Of a stretch of DNA of 64,000 nucleotides, positions 29,425 through 42,588 are shown in pieces. Location of the stretch: NCBI GenBank assembly GCA_951406725.2, contig OX597826.1:33046001-33110000 (forward strand), written 5' to 3'. Source of the DNA: Octopus vulgaris (lineage: Eukaryota). The notes under the pieces are model-generated. The model was not told the origin of the DNA. It saw only the letters and a program-made list of their open reading frames with translations, and did not search any database. The stretch's first letter is position 1, and every line of letters begins with the position of its first letter. A program made the position numbers and the translations under genes.

Positions 29425-29558
29425 TATACATATATACATACATATATATATATATATATACACACATACACTCACACATATATATATATACATGCATACA
29501 TACATACATACATCGATATATACATATATATATATATATGCATATATATATGTGTGTG

Positions 29559-29599
<41 letters not shown>

Positions 29600-29629
29600 A
29601 TAAATATAGTTGCAGCATGGCTTTGTTGT

Positions 29630-29775
29630 GATAAGAAACTTGCTTCCCAACCGCATGGTTCTGGGTTCAGTCCCACCACACAGTACCTTGGGCAAGTGTC
29701 TTCTACTATAGCCTCAGGCTGATTGAAATCTTATGAGTGGATCTGGTGGATGGAAACTGAAAGAAGCCCATAGTG

Positions 29776-29816
<41 letters not shown>

Positions 29817-30055
29817 CTATGTGCATATATGTGATGTGTGTCTGTGTGAGTTTGTTCCCCACTGTCATTTGACAACCAGTGTTGTTGTGCTTATGTCCCC
29901 ATAACTTAGCAGTGCAGCAAAAGTGACTGATAAAATAAGTAGCAGGTTTAAAAGGAAATAAATCTTGTGTGTTTGATATGTTTGACAAGGATTCTTCAAG
30001 GCATTGCTCCAGTATGGCTGCAGCCTCATGACTGAAACAAGTAAAACATAAAGAT
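29630..30055 (+). mobile_element. Family-A SINE
   Basis: Same head, internal (TG)n and tail as 23935-24325. Confidence 0.85.
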
Positions 30056-30719
30056 AATCACTTTTAAACTTGGCATGAGGTCACAAACTTCAGGCAGGGC
30101 GGGGCTCTCAGTTAAATTACCCCCAATTCTTCGTGACTTGTACTTATATTGTTGACACCCAGAATGATGAAAGATAAAACTGACTTTGGCAGGATTTGAA
30201 ATCAGAATCTAAAGAGATGCAACAAATTCCACCTGACATTCTGTTTGACTCCTGAACGATTCTGCCAAATTATTGCCCTTCTTTTTTTTTGCTGTTTCTA
30301 ACACAGGCACAGGGGCAAAAAGTCTAGAGAAGGGATCAAGTAATTTAATAGACCCCAGTCTATAACAAGCCCCAGAAAGGTAGAAGGTAAATTTGACTTA
30401 ATTAGTATTTGAACACTGAATCGAAAGAAGTGGAATGACTACAAAAAGGCCTCTCTAATTATCATATCTAATCTCTAACTAATTAATAAAAATGGTTGTG
30501 AATTGAACAGAATGAATAATTTATTAGTCATTAACTAAAAATCTCTGAGCTGAAATTTTGCACAAGGTAACCAAATCACAGTCGTACACCTTTAATTATC
30601 AGCAGAATAAAATGACTGGTGAAAAGACTTCATGGGAAGAAACAATATTATTTGAACAAAATTTTCATTTTTCATTGTTTCCATTCTTGTAGACGTTGCA
30701 TTGTCAAAATAAGATAAAC

Positions 30720-30884
30720 TTTTAAGAGGATACATTATTTAAATTATTTACATTTGATGGATATTTTTCCTCATCTTGTTTCTTGTTAACACAACCTTTT
30801 GGCTGATATACCCTCCAGCCTTCATCAGGTGTTTTGGGGAAATTTCGAACCTGGGTTCTCATTCCTAAGGTAGTTTTCGATGTC

Positions 30885-30965
<81 letters not shown>

Positions 30966-31037
30966 CATATGGCGTAGTGGTTAAGAGCACGGGCTACAAA
31001 CCCCAAGATTCCAAGTTCGATTTCAGGCAGTGACCTC

Positions 31038-31083
<46 letters not shown>

Positions 31084-31260
31084 TCGAAAAATACCTTAGG
31101 AATGAGAACCGAAGTTCGAAATTTCCCCAAGACACCTGATGAAGGCTGGAGGGTATATCAGCGAAATGTGTTAACAACAAACAAGATGAGGACAAATATC
31201 CGTCAAATGTAAATAATGTAAATAATGTACATAATTCCTCATCTCTTAAATATAGAATTG
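30720..31260 (+). mobile_element. tRNA-headed element with hammerhead-like tail and upstream inverted tail copy (Penelope-associated SINE/retrozyme candidate)
   Basis: Arm 30720-30885 is the reverse complement of 31082-31250. A box 30970-30980, B box 31015-31023. CTGATGA 31136-31142 and GAAA 31163-31166. Confidence 0.7.
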
Positions 31261-32025
31261 TATTTAAAGAGGATACTAAAAATAGAGGTTGTATCCAAGT
31301 GTCAAACTTGTTTAACTTTATGGGTCTGATTGAGGTGTAAACTAAATCTCACCACACAATTATATATCTTTTTATCTATACACCACAGAATGGTAACCTG
31401 ATCAGTGATCTGGTTTTTGCTTCAGGTCAAATGAGGTCAAGCATCCTATTGATCTCTGTCTCCAAATTTTGGGTGCCAATCCCTTATTGATTGACCCAGA
31501 TGCTTCCATTGAGCTGGCAGAATCGTTAGCATGTCAGGTGAAATGCTTAGTGATATTTCATCTGTCTGCATGTACTGAGTTCAAATTCCCCTGAAGTTGA
31601 CTGGGCCTTTCATCCTTTTGGGGTCGATAAATTAAGTACCAGTTGCATATTGGGGTTGATGTAATCGACTGGCCCCCTCCTTCCCCAAAATTTTGGGTCT
31701 TGTGCCTAGAGTAGAAGCAATTATTCATCAATGTTGATTATTGATTGTAGAAACACTCATGACAGATATGTTATAAAATAACACACACACACACATAACT
31801 TATGTTCTTTTACTTGTTTCAGCCATTTGAGTGCAGCCATGCTGGAGCACTGCCTTTAGTCCAACAAATTAACCCCAAGACTTATTCTTTGTAAGCCTGG
31901 TACTTATTCTATCGATCTCTTAGGCCGAACTGCTAAGTTATGGGGACGTAACCACACCAATATCGGTTGTTAAGCAATGGTGAAGGGAAACAAACACAGA
32001 CACACAAATACATACATATACATAC

Positions 32026-32076
<51 letters not shown>

Positions 32077-32090
32077 CTCGGTGACATTAA

Positions 32091-32313
32091 CCCTTTGACA
32101 TTCAGATCACTTTGTCAAATATGATATTCATATTTTCACATTGTTTTGAATTAATTAGTCATTATCTCATTGCTTTCATATTTTGATGATGTGATTGTCT
32201 ATTTTCAGAATGGCATTGTAGGGTATGCTTAACAGGCTGGATCTGGCCAGCAGTTTGAATATAAAATCGGTAGAATATTTAGGATGTGTTTGGCCAGTTT
32301 GAGTGCTAAAGGG
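32091..32313. mobile_element. piggyBac-type MITE
   Basis: TTAA|CCCTTTGACATTCA ... TGAGTGCTAAAGGG|TTAA. Confidence 0.82.
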
Positions 32314-33177
32314 TTAATTATTTCTCTATCACATTGTGTACACAACAAAAAAGGAAACAAGAAATAAGGAAAGGTAGAATTAGATCCTGAGACACCAAAT
32401 TCTCTGACACAAAAGCACTAACAATATCTATAAGTCATTGTTATTAAAAGAATTGCTCACTTTTTTTTCCTTTTTGGTTCAATATCTCACCCCCATTGAA
32501 TAAATAAATTAATAAATAAAGTAAATGTGATTTATGAATGCTCACCATGTACAGAGGACAAAGGGTTAATTAGTTAGATTAGCTGGATTAACATGTTAAA
32601 AATTTGATACAGAAAACATGGACACACTGAATCAACAATTAGTTAAAGTTCCATCTCATTTACCAAAATCCAAATACAAAATAATTTCTCAACAAGGAAA
32701 TTTAACCAATCAAATATCAAGGAATTTTTGCAAATAAAAAGAAATCATCATTGCTGTTGTTGTTGTTGTTGTTATAATTGTTATCATTATTATTATTATT
32801 ATTATTGGTGTTGTTGTTGTTATAATTGTTATCTTTACTATTATTATTATTGGTATTCTTGTGGTATTTTATGTTTGGCGTTCAAATTGCTTCAAAGTCC
32901 AAATTTGCCTTTCACCCTTCCAGTGTGGATGAAATAGAGTACCAGTCAAATACTGGGGGCCAGCGTAACTGACTGTCCTACCCCACCTCAAAATTGCTGG
33001 CTTTGTGCCAAAATTACAAAGAATCATCATCATCATCATTTTAATTTTTATACCATGAAAAGGCATGAATGCTGACTATTAGAATTTTCTTTTTTCTTGC
33101 TTTCAGCTGTTAATATTAATTCAGTGGGAAAATTAACATTGCTTTAATTAAAATAAAAAATGCTACTAAAGATGACA

Positions 33178-33209
<32 letters not shown>

Positions 33210-33517
33210 GACGGTGGTGGTGGTGGTGGTGGTGGTGGTGGTGGTGATATTGATGATGATGGTGACGATGATATCAAACTAATGATCAATGTCACTTTTG
33301 AGGAATGGTAAAGGAAAATTTGAAGAATTTGTGATATTCCTGCATCTCTTGAAGCCAATGTTAACACAGAAAATGAAGTCTTGCAAAATGGTTACAAAAC
33401 CAGATTATTATTCTGTGAACTGGAATACCAGCACCACAACGAATTTGTCAAGCATTAACAACCATGATATTGATGGTAATGTCTCTGCGGCTAGTGCTGC
33501 TACTACTACTGCTGCTG

Positions 33518-33560
<43 letters not shown>

Positions 33561-33577
33561 AACTGCTGCTTCTGCTT

Positions 33578-33618
<41 letters not shown>

Positions 33619-33721
33619 GCAGCTGCTGCTGCTGCTGCTACTACTACTACTACTACTACCAATAATAATAATAATAATATCTATCTAGGTTGTCCTTCAG
33701 GACACCCCGAATAATAATAAT

Positions 33722-34159
33722 TCTTTCCACTATAGATACAAGGCCTGAAATTTGGAGTGGAGGAGGTAGTCAATTATATCGACCCCAGTGTTTAACTGGT
33801 ACTTATTTCCTCAATCCTGAGAGGTTGAAAGGCAAAGTTGACCTCGGTGGAATTTGAATTCAGAATGTAAGGTTGGATGAAATGCCGGTAAGCCTTTTGC
33901 CAGACATGCTAATGATTCTGCCAGCTTATTGCCTTCAATAATAATAATCCTTTCTACGAAAGGCACAAGGCCTGCAATTTTGGAGGAAGGAGTTAGTCAA
34001 TCACATCGACCCCAGTGTTTCACTGTGCTTAATTTATCGACCCTAAAATGATGAAAGGCAAAGTCGACCTTGGAGGAATTTGAACTCAGAACGTAAAGAC
34101 AGACGAAATACTGCTAAACATTTTGCCTGGTAAGCTAACGATTCTGCCAGATCGTCACC

Positions 34160-34160
<1 letters not shown>
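33722..34160 (-). mobile_element. Two tandem family-B SINEs separated by (AAT)n
   Basis: Copies at 33722-33935 and 33948-34160, both with ATCGACCCCAGTGTTT...GAAAGGCAAAGT-GACCT...GAATTTGAA-TCAGAA. Confidence 0.85.
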
Positions 34161-34196
<36 letters not shown>

Positions 34197-34198
<2 letters not shown>

Positions 34199-34750
34199 GC
34201 CCTGATGCAGTACCAGGCAGTGGCTCTCATGGCTTCTGATCTTAACTGATTGAAAGTGTTATCATGTACATGTTTTGTCTTGCTATAAAAGATGGGCTAC
34301 AGCAAATATTCTACTCAATACCACAGATTTGCTTGTCAGTTATTTGACTTTAACCAGTTGACTATGTCCCTTGGTGGCTGATGATATGTGTATCACTGAT
34401 CACAAGCAAAAGTAGTAGAGGAGCATCATAGCCGTGTGTTGAAAGGAAATCTTTGGGGTTTGAATAATTCACCTCTTGAAATTTGGGTGTTTCATTCATC
34501 ATCCTCAAACAAATCTTATTCAGGGGCCTTTTGAGTAGGGTGGGCTACTTGAACTGAAGTAAATTCAAACTGGGCCCCATCTGCAAGGTTATGCACTGTT
34601 TATCTTGATATGAGATCACCATGTTGCGCACGCATGGTTGTGATGCATGTTCCTGGTATACCCTTATCAAACGGTAGTCATGATGGGTATATTGGGCTTT
34701 GTTTATTTGTACTGCAGTGTCACTTTGATGGCATACACTGCTCTTTCACT
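34197..34750. repeat. Unclassified ~550-bp element between two (AAT)n tracts
   Basis: Complex, relatively GC-rich sequence sharply bounded by (AAT)n on both sides. No ORF. Confidence 0.45.
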
Positions 34751-34751
34751 A

Positions 34752-34796
<45 letters not shown>

Positions 34797-35429
34797 TATA
34801 ATAATAATAATAATGATGATGATGATGATGATCTCAGATTTTGGCCCAAAATGTGTAATTTTGGGGAAGGATTTCGGTAGTTGTTTCATCGACCCTGAAA
34901 AGATGAAAGTTAAAATCAGCCTTGGCAGGATTTGAACTTAGAACGTGAAGACGGACAGAACACTGCTAAGCATTTTCTCCAGTGAGCTAATGATTCTGAC
35001 AGCTGAGAAATATTAACATTACACAACAAATCATACATTACCAATATAGCACAATGTTATGAAAAGAAAAAAGGGTGGGGTCTGTTATGAGAAGCGAAAA
35101 ATGGTGGAGCCCCTGATCTGTTAGTATTTAAAGCCATACACTCATGAGTTTCTTTCTAGTAAAATGTTCACAGCTGTAGTCATAACATATTTACTGTCTG
35201 TAGATTGGTTTTTTATCAGGGAATTTAAACATGAAGAAATCCCCTAAAGGAAATTAATGTATTTGGGTCTAGGGAATTGACAGGTGTTTACAATAGGGTC
35301 TTAAGTAAGCTTTCTGTGTGTGTTTGTGTGTGTAGATATCTATTATCAGTGGAATTCTTATAAATAAAAGGAAATGTTTATATAAAAGTACACACACATG
35401 CACATGTTTTGTATCTGTATGTACATATT

Positions 35430-35486
<57 letters not shown>

Positions 35487-35504
35487 ATATATATGGGTAT
35501 GTAT

Positions 35505-35545
<41 letters not shown>

Positions 35546-36070
35546 TGTATAGAATCTTTGTATACACAAAGAAGAGGCCTTTGACAGGACTCCTTACATA
35601 CTAAAAAGACCAGTTAAAACCTAAACCACGGAAAGAAGAACACATGCGCACATACTCACACACACTCACACACATATATATACATATAAATATATATATA
35701 TATGTGCACATATATGTGTCTCTGTATTGTATGCATATATAAGTGTCTGTGTATGTATATATCTACACACACACACACACACATACACACTTATGTATAC
35801 AGAAATGTGTGTATATGTGTTTGTGTTTGTGGGGGAGAGTATCCAGAGCAACACTTGGTACTCAAAACCAGACGAAGCAATTTAAAAAATACATTCCATT
35901 TAATTGAAGAAAGGTTCACATAACAATGTAGTTGTCTTCTTTTCTGTTTACTCTGACAAAATCGAAAGATTTATCTTAAAATTAGCTTTGTTATTTGCAT
36001 TCATTTAAATATCTTTAAAATCGCAGTTCATGTTTCCAAGTCATGCATGAAACATATTGATATATAAATA

Positions 36071-36289
36071 CAAAGGGGTGTTGAAAAGTTCCTGGCTTAA
36101 AGGGTATTGTGAAAGGCCTGGTTGGAGGCCTAATATTCAGAGTTTTTCTGACAGGGCTTAGAAAAATTGAAGGGCCGCTGCAATAAGTTTGTGAATCTGA
36201 GAGGGGAATATGTGGAATAAATTCATAATTAACTGTTCCTCCTGTATTTTTCTTTTACCCAAGGTCAGGAATTTTTCAGCGCCCCCTCG
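36071..36289 (+). mobile_element. Mariner-derived MITE with TA TSD
   Basis: TA|CAAAGGGGTGTTGAAAAGTTCCTGGC ... GTCAGGAATTTTTCAGCGCCCCCTCG|TA. Internal GLEKLKGRCNKFVNLRGEYVE* is a transposase C-terminus. Confidence 0.85.
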
Positions 36290-36699
36290 TATGGCCTATT
36301 GATAATGGGGGTATCATGAATAATCTAGCAGGGCCCGATAGATACAGCAAGGTGAAAGATTTTTTCAGGAATGGGAGCTGTCATTTATATTTTATATTTT
36401 ACTTGTTTCAGTCATTAGACTGCGACCAGACTGGAGCACTGTCTTCAAGACTTTCTAGTTAAATGCATGAACCCCAGTACTTTTTTAAATCTTGGACTTA
36501 TTCTATCGGTCTGTTTTGCTGAACTGCTAAGTTACAGGGATGTAAACACACCAACACTGGTTGTCAATTAGTGGCAGGTGACAATCAGAGACACAAAACA
36601 TATACTCATACATCAGCATTACCATCATCATCATCACCATCACCATTACCGTCACCATCATCATCATCATCATTGTCATTACCATTACCATTACCATCA

Positions 36700-36880
36700 C
36701 CATCAACATCATCATCATCATCATCATCATCATCATTTAACATCCGTTGTCCATGCCGGCATGAGTTGGACAGGGCTGGTAAGCTGGAAGGCTGCACCTA
36801 ATTTGGCTCCATCTAATTTGGCATGGTTTCCAACAGCTGGATGCTCTTCCTAATGCCAACCACTCCGAGAGTGTAGTTGG
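36700..36880 (-). mobile_element. RTE 3'-end copy nested within a SINE
   Basis: (CAT)n TTTAACATCCGTTGTCCATGCCGGCATG...GCTGGATGCTCTTCCTAATGCCAACCACTCCGAGAGTGTAG. Confidence 0.78.
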
Positions 36881-37751
36881 CATTATATATATATATTGGT
36901 GCCTTTCTGTTTACCAAATCCACTCAAAAGTCTTTGGTTTGCCTGAAGCTCTAGCAGAAGACTTGGGTATTTTCACTGCACAGTGGCATACATCCAGGAT
37001 TTGGTTGCCCTGAGGTGATAGCAAAAATCACCTGCCCAAGGTACCACCCAGCGGGACTGAACCCAGAACTGTGTGGTTGGGAAGCAGACCTCTTACCACA
37101 CAGCCATGCCTGAGAGAGAGGGAGAGAGAGAGAGAATTTTGCTGGTACATACACATACACATGCACACAGAAATAATCACAAATTGTCATGCACTTTATA
37201 CATAGATATTTTTCATGTGTGTATAAATATATATTATCATTTACACATGTTTGTGTTATTTGCAGATAATACGGATGGTAAAAGAGATAGCTTGAACTTA
37301 ATAAATATTTTAAAGTGATGATTTCAAACGACACTGTGGGGAATAAGTTATGGAAGAGAATGTAGATCTAATGCATAGAAACAATTTAAATAATTCTTCT
37401 TTGATATATTTAGAAGGCTTGTATGCATATTGATAAGTAATCGATGAATGTTTGTCTAGCCCATCTCTATTCATATTGATTCATAAGGGGGAATGGTTAA
37501 ACTTACTATTCTGGAGTCTGATGGCATAAACATGTGGTCACATACACACATGCACACACACACACACATACACGTACACACACATGTGCACGTGCACACA
37601 CATACCCATGTAAACATATATATACATATGTATATTTGAATATCTATATATCTTTATATCTATTAATATTTTATGAAATATGAATATGTATTTATATGTG
37701 TGAATGTGCGTATATATGTGTGTGTGAGTGTATATGTGTATATATATACAT

Positions 37752-37822
<71 letters not shown>

Positions 37823-38291
37823 TATATATATAAATATATAAATATATATATAAATACACGTGTGTGTATGTATATATATAAATGTTTGTATATATCAGTA
37901 TCTCTGTCTATAAGTCTATCCATCCATCCATCCATCCATCCACCTTTTAATGAATGTGTGTATGCTTGTGTAGATGCAAATATGATGATGACGACAATGA
38001 TAATGCTGATTACGATGATGATAGTGATGTTACATACATATATACGTGTATATGCACATATATATACATATAAATACCTATATATATATATAATATATAT
38101 ATCTTTAGAGAATGTTAGTTATAGCCAGTACATAATGTTACCTTGGGTTTCCTGTCCATAAAGTGCATGGCTTTACACATGCCTCGTCAGAACCTTTTCA
38201 TCCCAACCACATGGCTCCAGGTTCAGTCCCATTGAATGCCACCTTGGGCAAGTTTTTCTTTCTATAGCCTCAGGGCAAACAAATCCTGGAT

Positions 38292-38585
38292 GTATGCCAT
38301 TTTGCAGCCAAAATGCCAGGCATTGGTCAACAGAAAGCAAGCTCTTGTGCAGCAAGGCATCACAAAGCCTCATACCACTCAAAGAATCTGGAATAAACTT
38401 CAGGAATTTGGAGGAATTGCTCTGATGTCACACCCAGCATATATAGTCTGGACTTATCCCACTTTTGATCATCAATTGTTCCAATCCCTGGTTTACTTCC
38501 TATGATCAGGATGCTTAATGTGGAAGATTCAGTGAAAGAATTCTTCCCCAAGGAACTGGCAGTAAAATGGCTTCAGAATGCAAGG
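38292..38585 (+). mobile_element. Mariner transposase remnant
   Basis: ALVNRKQALVQQGITKPHT...LMSHPAY...HQLFQSL matches LVNRKxVLLQQDNARPHT...HPAYSPDLAPSDYHLFRSL. Confidence 0.78.
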
Positions 38586-38587
38586 CT

Positions 38588-38632
<45 letters not shown>

Positions 38633-39851
38633 GCAAAAACACACACACACACATACACATGCTCGCATTTGTGAAAGTCTTCTTTCAATTTCCATTTATC
38701 AAGTCTACTAACAGGGTTTTGGTTGGACTAGGGTCACACACATTTTCCCAAGATGGCACACAGTGGCACTAAATCTAAAAGCATAAGATTGGAAAGCAAA
38801 CTTATTAACCTCCCAGCTACATCTGCTCCTTTCATGAAAGGAAGAAAACATAACAAGTTGACATCAGTAGGATTTGAACTCAGATTACAGATTTGGAAAA
38901 AATACCACAGTATATATTGTCCTACACTTTAATGACTTTGCTAATTTGATGCTTGTGTGCGTGTGTGTGTTGGGGGAGGGGCAGGGCTGGATCTGGCCCA
39001 AGTCACTTAATTTTTTCCTCATCATTTTTTCCAAAAGTTTAAGACTATAGTTGGTGTGTCTTCACTCTATTTCTGGAATTCATTATGTTACATCTTACAG
39101 AAGAATGATGGCTGAAAGTTGATTCCTTATTGATTTAAAGAGTGAAATATGATGTACCAGAATACTTTATAATATATGCATGCCATCAGAACTTGAAAGA
39201 AATGATATCTGGCACTTGTGGGATTCCATACTTTGCAACAATGTTGAGAACAAAATGCAATTGCTAATGTTTTAAAATTGGTAATTCTGTTATGACTCGA
39301 TCGGAATATAAAGCATGACTGTCTTAGAGTAGTAACCCAGGCCATCACACACTGGAGGATGTCGGAAAGGTCAAAGGTCAACATATATCTATATCATTGA
39401 GTTGTATATAATTTCTCTTGAGAATTAGCAATTGAAAAGCTGCAGACATGTTATGAATGGGGTGGATTTCCTGGTAAATAGATAGTACAGTGGCCAACAA
39501 ATTTAGACGATCTCTCTTTCGCTCTCCCTCTCTCTCTTTCTCTCTCTCTCTCAGTCTATAAGTGAACACCCAACTCTTGGGTTACGCATTTGGGATGAGC
39601 ACTGAGAATCAGAACCACTTTGTCTAATTAAACTGAATCATCAGCACCAAATTCTCTGGTCTGTGATTCATCAATTCTTTGTGTTTTGACTATTTATATT
39701 CTCAGAAAGAACTCCCAGTTGGAACTAATAACTCTATTGTATAACGTTAGGTTACATAACGGAATAAGTTTCCCTCATCACCAGCTCAATTGTTGTTCTG
39801 CTGCAGTTGTTTTTGTTGGTGCTATTATTATTATCATTATCATTATTATTA

Positions 39852-39906
<55 letters not shown>

Positions 39907-40122
39907 GGTGGTGAGATGGCAGAGTCGTTAGCATGCCTGGTGAAATGCTAAGTGGTATTTTGCCTGTCTTTACGTTCTGAGTTCAAATTCCTCTGTGGTT
40001 GATTTTGCCTGTCATCCTTTAGGGGGTCAATAAATTCAGTACCAGTGAAATACTGGAGTCGATATAATCAACTATCCCCCTCCTCCAAAATTTCAGACCT
40101 TGTGGCCTATAATAGAAAAGAT
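39907..40122 (+). mobile_element. Family-B SINE (~210 nt; central domain Meta/Sauria-like)
   Basis: GGTGGTGAGATGGCAGAGTCGTTAGCATGCC...GAGTTCAAATTCC...GCCTGTCATCCTTTAGGGGGTCAATAAATTCAGTACCAG. Other copies at ~6855-7062(-), 10420-10620(-), 11828-12033(-), 27830-28020(-), 28440-28600(-), 30065-30280(-), 31510-31720(+), 32880-33025(+), 34835-35005(-), 51900-52070(+). Confidence 0.83.
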
Positions 40123-40284
40123 TCTTCTTCTTCTTCTTCTTCTTCTTCTTCTTCTTCTTCTTCTTCTTCTTCTTCTTCTCCTCCTCCTCCCCCCTCCTCC
40201 TCCTCCTCATCATCATCATCATCCTCATTAAAGTGATGGAGTGGAAGACTCATTAGCATACTTGAGAAAATGTTTAGCAGCCAT

Positions 40285-40660
40285 TTCTTCCATCGAGCAT
40301 GATCATTGCCAACATCGCTTTACTGGCACATGTGCCGGTGGCATGTGAAAAACAATATTCGAACGTGGTCATTGCCAGTGCCGCCAGAGTGGCTCCCATG
40401 CAGGTAGCACATAAAAACACCTTTTGAGCATGGTTGTTACCAGAATCACCTGACTGGCCCTTGAGCTGGTGGCATGTAAAAGCACCCACTACACTCTTGG
40501 AGTGGTTGGCGTTAGGAAGGGCATCCAGCTGTAGAAACTCTGCCAGATCAGATTGGTGCCTGGTACAGCCTTCTGGCTGACCAGTCCGCAGTCTGGACGT
40601 CCTACTCATGCCAGCATGGAAAGCAGATGTTAAACGACGACAATGATGAGGATAATGATG
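40285..40660 (+). mobile_element. 5'-truncated RTE 3'UTR copy
   Basis: Contains AAAAGCACCCACTACACTCTTGGAGTGGTTGGCGTTAGGAAGGGCATCCAGCTGTAGAAAC and ends CATGCCAGCATGGAAAGCAGATGTTAAACGACGAC. Confidence 0.85.
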
Positions 40661-41327
40661 AATTAAGAAAATCTGGAAAAAATTTTCTTTGAGCCTTATC
40701 AGTGAAGGGTGTTTTGCTTATTTCCTGTCTTAAACTGGTGCTTTCTTATATATGATATAATTTAAATTAATCTTTTGACTGCTGAAGTAAATTTCATGCT
40801 CATTCATGAAATGATGTTAATTATCCATAAAAAAAAAACAAAAAAAGACAAAAAATAGAATTGCTCTTTTCTGTTTGGGAAATATATACCTTTCCAGTAT
40901 TTTTTGTAGAAGATACGGTTTCCATATCCACCGCAAAAACTAGTTGATTCTTGCTCAGTGAAGAGAGATTTGATGAAAAATGTAAAAAAAAGTGAGAAAA
41001 TCTGAAAAATTGTCTTAGTAAAAAAGCATTACTGGAGCTGTCTTTGGTTCTCATAACATAAGGAGAGGTTTTCAATATGCTGTGAGGCAAAACCACTTTT
41101 GACAGTTAATGGCAATTAAATTTTGAGCAGGTTTATCTGGCTTCCATGTTCAAAGGGTTAAAGTAAAATGTCAGTCAAGCTATGCTGTTGATAGAACTAA
41201 CTGTTCTGTTCTTTAAAATTTCTAGCCCCATTCCAATGTAATAAATTAATTGCATTAAATTTAAAGTGGGATATTGAAGAAGATGGATTAACTTAATATG
41301 AGATCTGATCAAGAAGTATTGAACCTG

Positions 41328-41376
41328 GAAGAAGAAGAAGAAGAAGAAGAAGAAGAAGAAGAAGAAGAAGAAGAAG

Positions 41377-41409
<33 letters not shown>

Positions 41410-41561
41410 AAAGAAGAAGAAGAAGAAGAAGAAGAAGAAGAAGAAGAAGAAGAAGAAGAAGAAGAAGAAGAAGAAGAAGAAGAAGAAGAAGAAGAAGAAG
41501 AAGAAGAAGAAGAAGAAGAAGAAGAAGAAGAAGAAGAAGAAGAAGAAGAAGAAGAAGAAGA
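41328..41561. repeat. Long (GAA)n microsatellite with a single interruption
   Basis: Pure GAA except GTAAAA near 41405-41411. Confidence 0.97.
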
Positions 41562-41689
41562 GTGAAGCAGTTTGGCACAGATTGATCTTGGACCCTGGCA
41601 CACATATTATGGTATTCTTGCTCCTTTCCATAGTTTATAACAGTGATTGGAAGTAAAGTGTGTAGAGTGTGGTTGTCTCTAAAAAGAAG

Positions 41690-42034
41690 ATTGGGTCTCA
41701 GCTGCTCTGAATCTCCTGGAATGAGTTGAGGAAAATGAAATTTTTTGAATCATCACAGGTGGTGAATCATGGGTCTATGGCTATGGTCCTGAAATCATTC
41801 TTTGAAAGGAATAAGTTTTCGGGGTGTCAAAGAAATCCATGGGAATGCAACAAGATACCTGCAAACTATCCCTAAAATGGGAGTCCCAGGAATACTTCCA
41901 TCAATGGAAATAACACAGGATATAGTGTGTAGCTTCAGAAGGAGACTTACTTCAAAGGAGATTAAATGCTGAATTATTAGGCATTGTAGTTATTGTTTTT
42001 ATAGCACTAATCCTGATACTTTTTGATCAGACCT
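41690..42034 (+). mobile_element. Internally deleted mariner remnant
   Basis: IITGGESWVYGYGPE (ITGDESWVYGYDPE motif) joined to a C-terminal CVASEGD..F.GD*. TIR-like end TCCTGATACTTTTTGATCAGACCTC. Confidence 0.78.
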
Positions 42035-42588
42035 CAAATAATTCTGGGAAGTGTGGAAAAACCTACCTATCACTTCAGAGTTACATTGGCATCTCTTTCT
42101 AAATTAACAGCCATCAACTTTCGGTTACAAACACTGTTTAAAACCCTGGTACACAAGGATAAGTGGATGGCTGCAGATGAAAAAAAAGGTTTACCACATA
42201 CTTGTTGAGACATATGAGTTGTATTTACTTTCTTCTGGTTACTTCAAAGTTATTCTGTTTTTACAAGCCTTGGTGCCCTTGAAATCGTTTTCTATTTAAA
42301 CCTGAAGGCATACTTAGAACAGTTCAGGAATCTCTAATCTAGAACATGACAAACATATACTTGAGAAATCTACTTGTTCTGCGAAATAATAATGCCTAGA
42401 CATACATACATGCATACAAACATACATACAAACATACACCTGCATACACACATACCTATATATATATATATATACACACACACATACATGCATATATATA
42501 TATATATATACATATACACACAAATACACCCATACATACATACATACCTACATACCTACATACATACATGCATACATACATACATGTG

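Noticed and set aside
30961-31037. tRNA gene (likewise 47892-47965)
   Set aside because: Poor acceptor stem and no clean cloverleaf. It runs directly into a repeat body, so it is a SINE head.
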